Source: Candidatus Woesearchaeota archaeon (GTDB lineage Archaea > Nanobdellota > Nanobdellia > Woesearchaeales > GW2011-AR9). From it: 64,000 bases of DNA. The position numbers were made by a program, and so were the translations under genes. The stretch lies in assembly GCA_018657845.1 (NCBI GenBank), contig JABHWJ010000033.1, forward strand, positions 12,834 through 76,833, in the 5' to 3' direction. Shown here one piece after another: positions 19,144 to 28,179 of this stretch (positions are counted from its first letter, which is position 1; every line of letters starts with the position of its first letter). The notes beneath the pieces are model-generated. The model made no database searches, was not told where the DNA came from, and worked only from the letters and a program-made list of their open reading frames with translations.

Positions 19144-19517
19144 AAACAGTAATTTTAGACACCAATATATTTATGGCCATTTCTGAGTTTAAATTAGATG
19201 TCTTCGCTGAAATAGATAACTCTCTTGATTTTAAATACGAACTTAGAATTTTAGATAAAACCATAGACGAACTCGAGAAAATAATCTCTGAACAACGAGG
19301 AAAGTACAGAACCGCTGCTAAATTAGCCTTGGCCATTCTTAAGAAAAAAGAAATTAAAAAGATTAAAACCCCTTCTGGAAATGTTGATGACTTATTGGTA
19401 AACTTATCCAAAAAACCAGATATACTTGTTGCCACTCAAGATCTCGGCCTAAAAAGACGTCTTTCTAAACCATACATCACTATTAGACAGAAAAGAAAGT
19501 TTGTTTTGGTCTGGTAA
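19140..19517 (+). CDS. PIN-domain protein, Fcf1/Utp24-like
   Basis: 'VILDTNIFM' PIN motif 1 and C-terminal 'LVATQDLGLKRRL' resembling the Fcf1 motif; 4-nt overlap with the antiporter gene. Confidence 0.55.
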   Translation: MKTVILDTNIFMAISEFKLDVFAEIDNSLDFKYELRILDKTIDELEKIISEQRGKYRTAAKLALAILKKKEIKKIKTPSGNVDDLLVNLSKKPDILVATQDLGLKRRLSKPYITIRQKRKFVLVW

Positions 19518-19610
19518 TCTGATGGATCAAATTTAAGAAATATTAAGAGATATAAGAGTCATTATCGCTTTTTTAATTGATTCTCCCCATCCAACTCAAC
19601 TCAATCAGAA

Positions 19611-19625
19611 ACATTTATAAATAAA
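19611..19625 (+). promoter_or_regulatory. Candidate TATA box for the rpo7-spt4 operon
   Basis: 'acatttataaataaa' ~25-30 nt upstream of the ATG at 19646. Confidence 0.4.
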
Positions 19626-19645
19626 CTCATTAAATTACTCTTAAA

Positions 19646-20197
19646 ATGTTCTATAAAGTCAAGGTAAAGGATTTCATTCGCGTTCCACCAGGAATGTTCA
19701 ATTTAACTAAAAAAGAAGCTGTTCTCAAAAACATCAGAGAAAACTACGATAATTATGTCTCCAAAGAACTAGGATTTGTTATCAATGTAATTAATGTTGA
19801 TGATATCCAAGAAGGAGTTATTATTCCCGGAGACGGAGCAGGTTACTATGAAACTGGCTTCGACTTATTGACCTACAAACCAGAATTAAACGAAATGGTA
19901 TTTGGGAAGGTTAAAGACATTGTAGATTTCGGAGCTTTTGTAGAACTTGGTGGTGCAGAAGGAATGGTTCACGTTTCCCAATCTATGGATGATTTCGTTT
20001 CTTTTAGTAAAGAAAAAGTCCTTCAAGGTAAAAAAACTGGAAGAAGTTTAAAAGTTAATGACCGTTGCAAGGCCAGAGTTATCGCAGTAAGTTATAAAGA
20101 TATTAACAATCCAAAAATTGGTTTAACTATGAGACAAGAAGGATTAGGAAAAATCGAATGGTTAACTCAACCAGAAGAAGTTAAGGGTGAAGAATAA
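19646..20197 (+). CDS. rpoE: DNA-directed RNA polymerase subunit E' (Rpo7)
   Basis: N-terminus 'MFYKVKVKDFIRVPPGMF' and S1-like C-terminal domain; followed directly by the E''/Spt4 gene. Confidence 0.85.
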   Translation: MFYKVKVKDFIRVPPGMFNLTKKEAVLKNIRENYDNYVSKELGFVINVINVDDIQEGVIIPGDGAGYYETGFDLLTYKPELNEMVFGKVKDIVDFGAFVELGGAEGMVHVSQSMDDFVSFSKEKVLQGKKTGRSLKVNDRCKARVIAVSYKDINNPKIGLTMRQEGLGKIEWLTQPEEVKGEE

Positions 20198-20386
20198 ATG
20201 GCTAAGAGAAAAGTATGTAGGAAATGTAAACTTTTCGTTGAAGGAGAAGTTTGTCCAGCTTGCAAGAATAATAATTTTACAGACAATTGGCAAGGTCGTC
20301 TATTTGTCAATAATTTCGAAAAATCTGACATCGCTCAGAAAATGGAACTTAAATTCAATGGAGAATATGCAATTAAAATAAGATAA
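20198..20386 (+). CDS. spt4: RNA polymerase subunit E''/Spt4 zinc-ribbon protein
   Basis: 62 aa with 'CRKCK...CPACK' zinc ribbon, immediately after rpo7. Confidence 0.7.
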   Translation: MAKRKVCRKCKLFVEGEVCPACKNNNFTDNWQGRLFVNNFEKSDIAQKMELKFNGEYAIKIR

Positions 20387-20388
20387 AA

Positions 20389-20838
20389 ATGGAACTAGAA
20401 ATTAAAGAAAAACAGGAAAACAAACTCTTAAATCGATTAGAAGTTAAAGGTACCCTCACTTTTGAAGGAGCTACCCCTTCCAACGAACAAATTAGAGATT
20501 CTTTAGCAAGCACATTAAATAAAGATAAAGAATTAATTATTATGAAACATATTTATTCTAAGTTCTCTTATCAGGAAGCAGAATTTTTAGCTTTTGTTTA
20601 TGATAACCAAGAAGCTAGAGATAAAACAGAAATTATTACTAAACACTTGAAAAAGAAAGCTGAAGAAGAAACTAAGAAAAAAGCTGAAGAAGCTGAAGCT
20701 ACTGCTGAAGCCGCTCCTAAAGAAGAAGAGAAAGTAGAGGAACCAGTTAAGGAAGAACCCAAGGTAGAGGAAAAGCCTGAAGCTCCTGAAGAAACTCCCG
20801 CTGCCCCTACAGAAGAAACTAAGGAGAATAAAGAATGA
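20389..20838 (+). CDS. rps24e: Ribosomal protein S24e with an acidic/Lys-rich C-terminal extension
   Basis: 'ENKLLNRLEVKGTLTFEGATPSNEQIRDSLA' matches the S24e core; ~50-aa EK-rich tail. Confidence 0.85.
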   Translation: MELEIKEKQENKLLNRLEVKGTLTFEGATPSNEQIRDSLASTLNKDKELIIMKHIYSKFSYQEAEFLAFVYDNQEARDKTEIITKHLKKKAEEETKKKAEEAEATAEAAPKEEEKVEEPVKEEPKVEEKPEAPEETPAAPTEETKENKE

Positions 20839-21068
20839 TCGGAAAATCTAACAAAGGACCTAAAGATAGAAAACCTAAAGAGAAAAAACCAAGTAAGAGA
20901 TTAGGTGAACTCTACAACATTTCCGGCGACAGTATCGAAAGAAAAAACAAATTCTGCCCTAAGTGTGGTAAAGGATTTTTCTTAGCAGCTCACAAAGACA
21001 GATCTGTCTGTGGTAAGTGTAAATACGTAGAGATGATTTCTAAGAAAGAAGCACCCAAAGAAGAGTAA
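20835..21068 (+). CDS. rps27ae: Ribosomal protein S27ae
   Basis: 'CPKCGKGFF...CGKCKY' zinc finger; 4-nt overlap with S24e (a conserved gene pair). Confidence 0.8.
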   Translation: MIGKSNKGPKDRKPKEKKPSKRLGELYNISGDSIERKNKFCPKCGKGFFLAAHKDRSVCGKCKYVEMISKKEAPKEE

Positions 21069-21100
21069 TTTTTATATATTATCTTATTTTCTCTTAACTT

Positions 21101-21661
21101 ATGTTTGATCAATTAAAACAACAATATTCTAGCTGTAATAAATGCGAAGAACTCTGTAATTCAAGAACTCAAGTGGTTTTTGGTTCTGGCAACAAAGACG
21201 CAGACGTTCTTTTCATTGGTGAAGCTCCTGGAGCGAATGAAGACAAACAAGGAATTCCTTTTTGTGGAATGTCTGGGAAACTATTAAATGAACTCTTAGC
21301 TTCAATTAACCTCTCCAGAGATGATATCTTCATCACCAATACAGTTCTCTGCCGTCCCGAAAATAACAGAAATCCAAAAAAAGAAGAAATTGAAAACTGT
21401 AGAGAAAGATTAGACCAACTCCTAAAGGTCATGAAACCAAAAGTTATTGTTACAATTGGAAACTTTGCTACTGGAAGAATCATCAACAAAACAGGCATCA
21501 CCAAAATACGGGGACAAATCTTCCCTTTCAAAGACAACATTAAAGTTATTCCCGTAGTTCATCCCGCTTCCTATCTCTACTCTGGCAGAAACCCAGAAAT
21601 CTTCCAAAAGATGAAAGATGATTTTAAAACTATTCTAGACGTCATCCATAACAAAAAATAA
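21101..21661 (+). CDS. udg: Uracil-DNA glycosylase, family 4
   Basis: '[23 protein letters not shown]' motif, Fe-S cysteines ([16 protein letters not shown]) and 'HPAS' motif. Confidence 0.85.
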   Translation: MFDQLKQQYSSCNKCEELCNSRTQVVFGSGNKDADVLFIGEAPGANEDKQGIPFCGMSGKLLNELLASINLSRDDIFITNTVLCRPENNRNPKKEEIENCRERLDQLLKVMKPKVIVTIGNFATGRIINKTGITKIRGQIFPFKDNIKVIPVVHPASYLYSGRNPEIFQKMKDDFKTILDVIHNKK

Positions 21662-21718
21662 ACATACATTCTCAAACCCAATAATCCTTTTAAACAGAAA
21701 CCTTTTCTAAATCATAAA

Positions 21719-22087
21719 ATGTGGAATACAATTTATACTGATGGAAAAATCTTTGCAACTAATGATTTTATGAGTTTGTACAATAACCATGCCGGTTATC
21801 TTAACGAAGAACGTTTTCAAAGAGCAGCAAAAATTGCTCAATTAGACTTAATTGAATCTAAGATTACTAAAGTTGAAAGTAACAAAGATCCAGGATTTTC
21901 AGATTATTACCTCAGTGGCCCCAATAACCTTGGTCATGCAATTGCAACTTTATCGGATTCTTTAGTTCACCCAGTAATGTCTGCACTTAGGGTTTCTGAT
22001 GTTAATAATCTAGAGGGCACAGTAGTTCAGGCATTTTATCAGAGTAATCATTTGCGTGGATTCAGAGCCCTACCAAAAGAACAATAA
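21719..22087 (+). CDS. Hypothetical protein (122 aa)
   Basis: ORF only. Confidence 0.4.
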   Translation: MWNTIYTDGKIFATNDFMSLYNNHAGYLNEERFQRAAKIAQLDLIESKITKVESNKDPGFSDYYLSGPNNLGHAIATLSDSLVHPVMSALRVSDVNNLEGTVVQAFYQSNHLRGFRALPKEQ

Positions 22088-22136
22088 AGTAATTCCTCCG
22101 TTAATTATATAAAATGGTAAAGGTTTTCTTAAGCTC

Positions 22137-23894
22137 ATGAAAGCAAAAGAACTTAAACAAAAATATTTAGAATTTTTTAAGAATAAAAACCACATAATTA
22201 TCCCTTCTGCATCATTAATTCCAGATAATGACCCTACTGCCTTATTTACTACCGCCGGTATGCATCCTTTAGTTTCTTTTATCATGGGCCAACCTCATCC
22301 TTCTGGAAAAAGACTTGTTAATGCTCAGAAATGCCTCAGAACTCAAGATATTGATGAAGTGGGAGACTCTACCCATACTACTTTCTTTGAGATGTTAGGA
22401 AACTGGAGCCTTGGAGATTACTTCAAAAAAGAAGCCATTGAGATGAGTTTCGAATTCCTTACTAAAACTCTTAACTTTCCATTATCCCATTTAGCGTTCA
22501 CCTGTTTCGAAGGAGACAAAAACGCCCCTAAGGATGAAGAAGCTGCCAAGATCTGGTTAACATTAGGTGTGCCAAAAGAAAGAATTGCTTTTCTAGGAAA
22601 GGAAGATAATTGGTGGGGTCCGGTAGGAGACTCTGGACCTTGTGGACCAGATACAGAAATGTTTTACTGGGTTGGAGAAACTAACCCTCCAAAAGAATTT
22701 GATCCCAATGACAACAACTGGATGGAAATCTGGAATGATGTTTTCATCCAATATGATAAAACGAAAGAAGGAAAATTTACCTCATTAAAAAATAAAACAA
22801 TTGATACCGGTTTAGGTCTTGAAAGAGTCACCGCAGTATTACAAGGAAAGAAAACTGTTTTTGACACTGAACTATTTCAACCAATCTTTGAGAAAATAAC
22901 CCAACTAACTGACACTGAACCAAACAGAAAGAACATCACTTCTTACAGGATTATTGCAGACCATCTTAGGGCATCAGTTTTCCTTCTTGGTGATGAAAGA
23001 AAGATTACGCCGTCCAACGTAGACCAGGGTTATATCCTAAGAAGATTCATCAGAAGAACTATCCGTCATCTAAAAAATCTAGGCTTAAAAATAGAAAATA
23101 TTGATCTCGCCCCTTTCGCCAAGTTAATAATCAAAATGTATCAAGAAGAATATCCCCTTCTCAAAGAAAACAGCCAATTCATTATCGAAGAACTAAAAAA
23201 AGAACAAGAAAAATTCAAACAAACTCTTGAAAAGGGATTAAAAGAATTCAATAAAATGAGTAATAAAAAAGTCATCCCAGGAAAAGATGCCTTCCTTCTC
23301 TTCCAAAGTTATGGTTTCCCTCTTGAACTAACTGTAGAACTCGCTAATGAAAAAGGTATTAATGTTGACGAAGAAAATTTTCATAAAGAATACCAAAAAC
23401 ATCAAGAACTTTCTAGAATTGGTGCAGAGAAGAAGTTTAAAGGTGGCCTAAGTGAATCCTCTGAAGAAACTAAAAAGCTTCACACCACTACTCATTTACT
23501 CGCAGAAGCCTTAAGGAAAATCATATCTCCAGACATTAAGCAACGAGGAAGTAACATCACCGATGAACGATTAAGATTCGACTTCAATTTTGATAGAAAA
23601 CTAACTGATGAAGAAAAGAAAGCAATAGAGGAAGAAGTAAACAAGGTTATTCAACAAGGATTAGAAGTGAAACGAGAAGAAATGTCTCTTGACCAAGCAA
23701 AAAAACTTAAGGCCCAAGCCGAATTCGGATTAAAGTATCCGGATCAAGTCTCTGTTTACTTCATTGGAGACTACTCAATTGAAATCTGTGGCGGACCCCA
23801 CATCAAAAACACCAAAGAATTAGGAAAATTCAAAATTAAAAAAGAACAATCCAGTGCTGCAGGGATCAGAAGAATTAAGGCAGTATTAGAATGA
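22137..23894 (+). CDS. alaS: Alanyl-tRNA synthetase, unusually short (585 aa): catalytic, tRNA-recognition and minimal editing core
   Basis: 'FTTAGMHPL', 'HTTFFEMLGNWSLGDYFK', 'GPCGPDTEMFY', 'DTGLGLERV', and the editing Zn ligands 'HTTTHLL' (HxxxH) and 'CGGPH'. The protein ends ~30 aa after CGGPH. Confidence 0.85.
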   Translation: MKAKELKQKYLEFFKNKNHIIIPSASLIPDNDPTALFTTAGMHPLVSFIMGQPHPSGKRLVNAQKCLRTQDIDEVGDSTHTTFFEMLGNWSLGDYFKKEAIEMSFEFLTKTLNFPLSHLAFTCFEGDKNAPKDEEAAKIWLTLGVPKERIAFLGKEDNWWGPVGDSGPCGPDTEMFYWVGETNPPKEFDPNDNNWMEIWNDVFIQYDKTKEGKFTSLKNKTIDTGLGLERVTAVLQGKKTVFDTELFQPIFEKITQLTDTEPNRKNITSYRIIADHLRASVFLLGDERKITPSNVDQGYILRRFIRRTIRHLKNLGLKIENIDLAPFAKLIIKMYQEEYPLLKENSQFIIEELKKEQEKFKQTLEKGLKEFNKMSNKKVIPGKDAFLLFQSYGFPLELTVELANEKGINVDEENFHKEYQKHQELSRIGAEKKFKGGLSESSEETKKLHTTTHLLAEALRKIISPDIKQRGSNITDERLRFDFNFDRKLTDEEKKAIEEEVNKVIQQGLEVKREEMSLDQAKKLKAQAEFGLKYPDQVSVYFIGDYSIEICGGPHIKNTKELGKFKIKKEQSSAAGIRRIKAVLE

Positions 23895-23912
23895 AACGAG
23901 GTAAATAATAAA

Positions 23913-24275
23913 ATGTTATCTAGAGAAACTTTAAAAAAAGTATTAAGAACTATCTTGGGCTACGATCCAAAAAAAGATCCCCGATTAGATTTCACCAACA
24001 TGTATGGGATATTAGAAGAACACCTAAATGCGGTTGAAGAAGAATTTTCTGAGGAAAAAAAACTTGTTAAGCTTACCAAACAGTATGGAAATAACATTAA
24101 CGCTGCAATTGAAGCTATTAAAAAAATTAGAAATGCAACGGAAGATAATAAACCTCAAGCCATGATAGAAAATCTTCCCATAATCAAAAACAATTTAAAT
24201 GAAGCTCATGGATTAACTTTATTATTAGAAGCAGAACTTAAAAAAATAAAGAAAGAAAGTAAATTCCTAGAATGA
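23913..24275 (+). CDS. Hypothetical protein (120 aa)
   Basis: ORF only; 4-nt overlap with the dph2 fragment. Confidence 0.4.
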   Translation: MLSRETLKKVLRTILGYDPKKDPRLDFTNMYGILEEHLNAVEEEFSEEKKLVKLTKQYGNNINAAIEAIKKIRNATEDNKPQAMIENLPIIKNNLNEAHGLTLLLEAELKKIKKESKFLE

Positions 24276-24514
24276 AACTAAACCTGCAACTAGAAAAAGC
24301 AATCGAACAAATTAATCAAGAACAAGCTAAAACTATTCTTATCCAATTACCAGATGGACTAAAACCAAAAGCAGAAGAAATTCAAAAAACAATCCAAAAA
24401 AAAACAGCAGCAAAAATAACTTTTTGGTCCGGATCTTGTTACGGGGCTTGCGATGTCCCCTTAGTATCCAATTTTGATCTGTTAATTCAATTTGGACATT
24501 CTGAGTGGCGTTAA
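24272..24514 (+). pseudogene. dph2: Truncated diphthamide-synthesis Dph2 (N-terminal 80 aa only)
   Basis: 'AKTILIQLPDGLKPKAEEIQKTI...SCYGACDVP...DLLIQFGHSEW' aligns to the N-terminal domain of archaeal Dph2 (~330 aa). The ORF stops after 80 codons and the remainder is replaced by the convergent gene 24511..25248. Confidence 0.65.
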
Positions 24515-25248
24515 TCCACCAAATACAATTTAGAATACATTCCTTTCATTTGACTAGGAACCACCCCAACAATCCATCTATTTTTTTTATTACCAGTAGT
24601 TTCAGCAAAATAATAATTCTTACCTCCTACTTCCTGATATGGTTGTCCAGGAAAGTCCCCTTCTACGGCAACAGCAATATGTCCAAATCCTCCTTGATTA
24701 ACTTTGGGATTTTCAACTTGTAACCAACTTTTTGGCCAAGGAATTATTCCAGGAATCACAATTAACCCGGTTTCAATCCCTCTAGATTTCAACAAAGAAG
24801 CATACAAGATAGAAACATCTTCACAATCACCTTTCCCATCACTTAAAGTCTTGCCAGGCTTACGAACATATTCCCTTAGACTCAACACTTCGTCCCAATC
24901 ATATTCTATTGTACCATTAACATAATCTAACAAAGCTTGAGCTTCCTCTTCTTTTGAATTACAATCTTCAGTTAACTTATCAGCTAATTCTTGTATCTTT
25001 GAATCATTATAATCTACAAAAGTAACATAATCATCTAAACCAAAATCTTCAGTTACATTACTATCAGAAACTGCTAGTATTGCCTCCAAATCAATATCTT
25101 GAACCATTGAAGTGTTGGCAGGCCAACCATAGATCATGGCTTCTTTTTTCTCAGGAGCCGAACAGTAACTTAACAAACTAACCAGCATAGTTGCCACTAC
25201 CATTTTTGTAGATGTTAGAAATTGACCAAAGAGAGGTCTCATTGACAT
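24511..25248 (-). CDS. Transglutaminase-like cysteine protease domain protein, with signal/TM anchor
   Basis: Cys-His-Asp core 'GKGDCEDVSILYASLLKSRGIE...GHIAVAV...'; N-terminal hydrophobic segment. Confidence 0.7.
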   Translation of the reverse strand: MSMRPLFGQFLTSTKMVVATMLVSLLSYCSAPEKKEAMIYGWPANTSMVQDIDLEAILAVSDSNVTEDFGLDDYVTFVDYNDSKIQELADKLTEDCNSKEEEAQALLDYVNGTIEYDWDEVLSLREYVRKPGKTLSDGKGDCEDVSILYASLLKSRGIETGLIVIPGIIPWPKSWLQVENPKVNQGGFGHIAVAVEGDFPGQPYQEVGGKNYYFAETTGNKKNRWIVGVVPSQMKGMYSKLYLVD

Positions 25249-25354
25249 ATATAACTAATTATGAATTATTTAAATCTTTCTCCCAAAAACCAGTTATTTT
25301 ATAAACAATAACTTCTTTTCTAACATTAGTTAAATCAAAAAGAGGTGATTTAGA

Positions 25355-25579
25355 ATGGAATGTCATAGCCCTAAGTGTGCAGGAACAATGAAAATTGTAG
25401 TTGGTGTTCTTATTTTGTTAGCTGCCTTTGTATGGCCAAAGTTATCGGGTATTGATAATTGGGTTGCATTTTTAGGTGCGTTAATGGTTTTGTTTGGAGT
25501 CATGAAATTTTTCCATCCCAGTTGTGGATCTGGAGAATGTTGTCTTCCTGATAAACCAGCAAGCAAAAAAAGAAAATAA
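25355..25579 (+). CDS. Small membrane protein with a Cys-rich tail
   Basis: 74 aa with two TM helices and C-terminal 'CGSGECC'. Confidence 0.35.
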   Translation: MECHSPKCAGTMKIVVGVLILLAAFVWPKLSGIDNWVAFLGALMVLFGVMKFFHPSCGSGECCLPDKPASKKRK

Positions 25580-25597
25580 TTGATTAATTTATTTTTT

Positions 25598-26431
25598 TTA
25601 TTTTTTAAAACTTTCTAGAACTGAATTAACTTTGTCAGGATAATCTTCTAAAATTCTTTCCCTAATTTTATCTGGAGAAACAACATCTCTCGAATTAGAA
25701 TTCATTTCATCAGATACATCAACAGAAGTTAGGTGGACAAGACCTTCAAAGTCGAGTGTAATGCCACCTTCCAATATTCTTTGACCTGCCTTAACAAATC
25801 TTTTTCTTGTTAAATATTTATTAACTCCTTTTTTACTAGGATCTACTTCGCAAAATTCTGGGTGATAGTGTTTCAACAATTTTACTCCATTAGGATAACC
25901 AGGAGAATAAGAATGAATGATTACACCTTCTGGGGGACCTTCATATAAATCACTTTTCTCAATAATACCTTCCAATAATCTTTGATTAATTTTACCTCGA
26001 GATTTTAAAGGTACTTGAGGAATGATCTTAGAAACTCCCAAAAGGTCAAGCCATTCGTCTCTTTCTTCAGGATGTAAGAAACGACTCTCTTCTTCATTAT
26101 AAATACCAATAGTTAACATTTTATCAACAAATTTTGAATCATAGGGAATATGTCCATACCCTTTATGTACAAATTCTCCAAAAATAACCAATTCTTCGGG
26201 TAAGGCCAACAATGAGGCATACAACTGATTATAAACAAATTTTCTAAATTCATCAAAATAATATTTTGTTTTTTTTATTTGTCCTCCGCGGCTCCATAAT
26301 TGAATCTTATATCCAGAGTTACGTAAAGAAACATTTGATCCATCAACTTTTTCATAAACAAATAAATTTTCATCAATCATAGGTCTACCATGATAATAAT
26401 CTTTAATTGAAGGAAATTTAAATGAGCTCAT
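25598..26431 (-). CDS. ATP-dependent RNA ligase, Rnl2-like nucleotidyltransferase domain
   Basis: Covalent nucleotidyltransferase motifs I 'EKVDGSN' (compare T4 Rnl2 EKIHGTN), III 'IFGEFV', IV 'EGVIIHS' and V 'VKLLKH'; 277 aa with no C-terminal domain. Confidence 0.65.
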   Translation of the reverse strand: MSSFKFPSIKDYYHGRPMIDENLFVYEKVDGSNVSLRNSGYKIQLWSRGGQIKKTKYYFDEFRKFVYNQLYASLLALPEELVIFGEFVHKGYGHIPYDSKFVDKMLTIGIYNEEESRFLHPEERDEWLDLLGVSKIIPQVPLKSRGKINQRLLEGIIEKSDLYEGPPEGVIIHSYSPGYPNGVKLLKHYHPEFCEVDPSKKGVNKYLTRKRFVKAGQRILEGGITLDFEGLVHLTSVDVSDEMNSNSRDVVSPDKIRERILEDYPDKVNSVLESFKK

Positions 26432-27162
26432 CTTTTTCCTTCCTCTACTAAAAAATATTCTCTGGCGTTAACTGGACGTAAATAATCAAGATAACGAGCA
26501 CCATCCGGCGAAGATAAAAATAAATTTAAAGCTTTGTTTACATGGGCATCAGAAGATAATACTATTGTCCGATAAACATTCTCTAATGGAGAACCATTGT
26601 CTTGTTTGATATTCTCTGCAAATTGTTCAGCAGATTTTTGTGCAAGAAACATTGAAGCATCAATAATATCTAAATCTGTTGGAGAAATTGGATCTTGCTC
26701 AGCTTTTTTTCCAGTAATGGTAGAACTAAACAATTCTCTCAAACCATAACGCATTTCATCAAAACCAGATAATTCGCTAGTATTATATCTAAATAACAAG
26801 TTTTCGTCTCTTGCAGTTAAATTAAAACCACGAACGGCACTAAAGATAATATCTCCCAAACCATTACGATAACCATTTGAAGATAAATGATAATGATGAT
26901 CTGCACATTCCTGAGTAACCCTATCTGTAACTACAAATTTAACTTTTCCCATCCCCCTTGCAGACTCAGCAATTTGTTCTAAACCTACTGCTCCTGTCTT
27001 CTTTCCAGACTTAACAAAGGCTTTTTCTATATCCATTATCGCAGAAGTATCCAAAACAATAACTGGAATTACCCCTAATTCTTTAGTGTGTGGACTAGAT
27101 GAACAATAGAAAGATTCTAAATAATCATACAATAAATGTCGCCTCTTTACTGCCATATACAT
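26428..27162 (-). CDS. PIN-domain nuclease-like protein (244 aa) overlapping the RNA ligase gene
   Basis: 'IPVIVLDTSAIMD' (PIN motif 1) and 'TIVLSSDAHV' (C-terminal TxD-like motif) plus central acidic residues; 4-nt ATGA overlap with the ligase. Confidence 0.5.
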   Translation of the reverse strand: MYMAVKRRHLLYDYLESFYCSSSPHTKELGVIPVIVLDTSAIMDIEKAFVKSGKKTGAVGLEQIAESARGMGKVKFVVTDRVTQECADHHYHLSSNGYRNGLGDIIFSAVRGFNLTARDENLLFRYNTSELSGFDEMRYGLRELFSSTITGKKAEQDPISPTDLDIIDASMFLAQKSAEQFAENIKQDNGSPLENVYRTIVLSSDAHVNKALNLFLSSPDGARYLDYLRPVNAREYFLVEEGKR

Positions 27163-27289
27163 AAATTGTTATGACTATTTATAAGCTTTTTGGTTTTAAC
27201 TACTAGTTAGTAGTTTCCAGCATTTTTTCTGTAAATAACCCATATTCTTTGAGAAATCACATAGAATCTTGGCTAATCTACAAATATAA

Positions 27290-27658
27290 CTAAGACTCAA
27301 ATCTACAAACTAAACTTTTTTGTAACTCATCTTCATTTAAACCCAATTTAGAAATCACCATCTTATGAACGGTTTCAGGATCTTGAGTTTCGGGACCAAG
27401 ATATAATGTATGAAAATATTCGATGGGGTCTGCTCTTTTAAAAATAACACAAGTTACAATTTCTCCTAATTCTTCGGCAGCACAAAAAGGATGTACTCCT
27501 TTGTATTCTCTTCCCTTATTCCGCTTAAGGAGTTGATCTAAGTTATATGCGGGAGGCCCAGACCTAGAACTTTGCATACTCACTTGACGTGCAGAATGCT
27601 CATGAGTATACCAATCTAAATCCATAGATAAATGTTCTAAATGCTTTGGCTTATACAT
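27290..27658 (-). CDS. Hypothetical protein (122 aa)
   Basis: ORF lying between the PIN gene and rpsJ. Confidence 0.4.
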   Translation of the reverse strand: MYKPKHLEHLSMDLDWYTHEHSARQVSMQSSRSGPPAYNLDQLLKRNKGREYKGVHPFCAAEELGEIVTCVIFKRADPIEYFHTLYLGPETQDPETVHKMVISKLGLNEDELQKSLVCRFES

Positions 27659-27772
27659 ATTATCAATGTGATAATAAGTAGTTATAAATCTTTCGTTTAT
27701 TTTGTTACTAAATAGTGATTACATTAAAAAATAAATCTCAAAACACAACTTTCATAAAACAAATCAGAATTC

Positions 27773-28087
27773 TTAAGCATCAACCATTTCAATTTCAATA
27801 TTAAGATTATCAGGAATCGGAACTCTCATCACCAAACGTAAGGTTCTTTCATCAGCACCTAAATCAATTAGCCGTTTATGCACTCTCATTTCATACCGTT
27901 CCCAAGAAGCTCTACCTTCACCACAAGGACTTTTTCTGGTGGTAATTTTCAACTTCTTAGTTGGTAATGGAATCGGACCCTTAAGATCAACACCAGTCTT
28001 CTCCGCGATTTCTCTAATGCTATCACAGATCTGATTGATCTTAGCTATGTCCATGCTTGCCAACTTTATTCTTGCTCTCTGTGCCAT
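27773..28087 (-). CDS. rps10: Ribosomal protein S10
   Basis: '[41 protein letters not shown]' is the canonical S10 sequence; downstream of tuf. Confidence 0.9.
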   Translation of the reverse strand: MAQRARIKLASMDIAKINQICDSIREIAEKTGVDLKGPIPLPTKKLKITTRKSPCGEGRASWERYEMRVHKRLIDLGADERTLRLVMRVPIPDNLNIEIEMVDA

Positions 28088-28179
28088 TTTTTATTTATCC
28101 ACAATAAACCTTCGTTCACCATGGGTTGTTTATAAACTTTTTCATTTTTTGAATAAAAAAAATAAAATTAAAAAGAGGT

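Noticed and set aside
18018-19435. Several minus-strand ORFs (176, 60 and 110 aa)
   Set aside because: All are antisense to the antiporter and PIN genes. Their hydrophobic mirror-frame translations are typical antisense artefacts of membrane-protein genes.
20187-20381. 64-aa ORF overlapping the Spt4/E'' gene in another frame
   Set aside because: The 20198..20386 frame gives the conserved Zn-ribbon and sits in the canonical position after rpo7.
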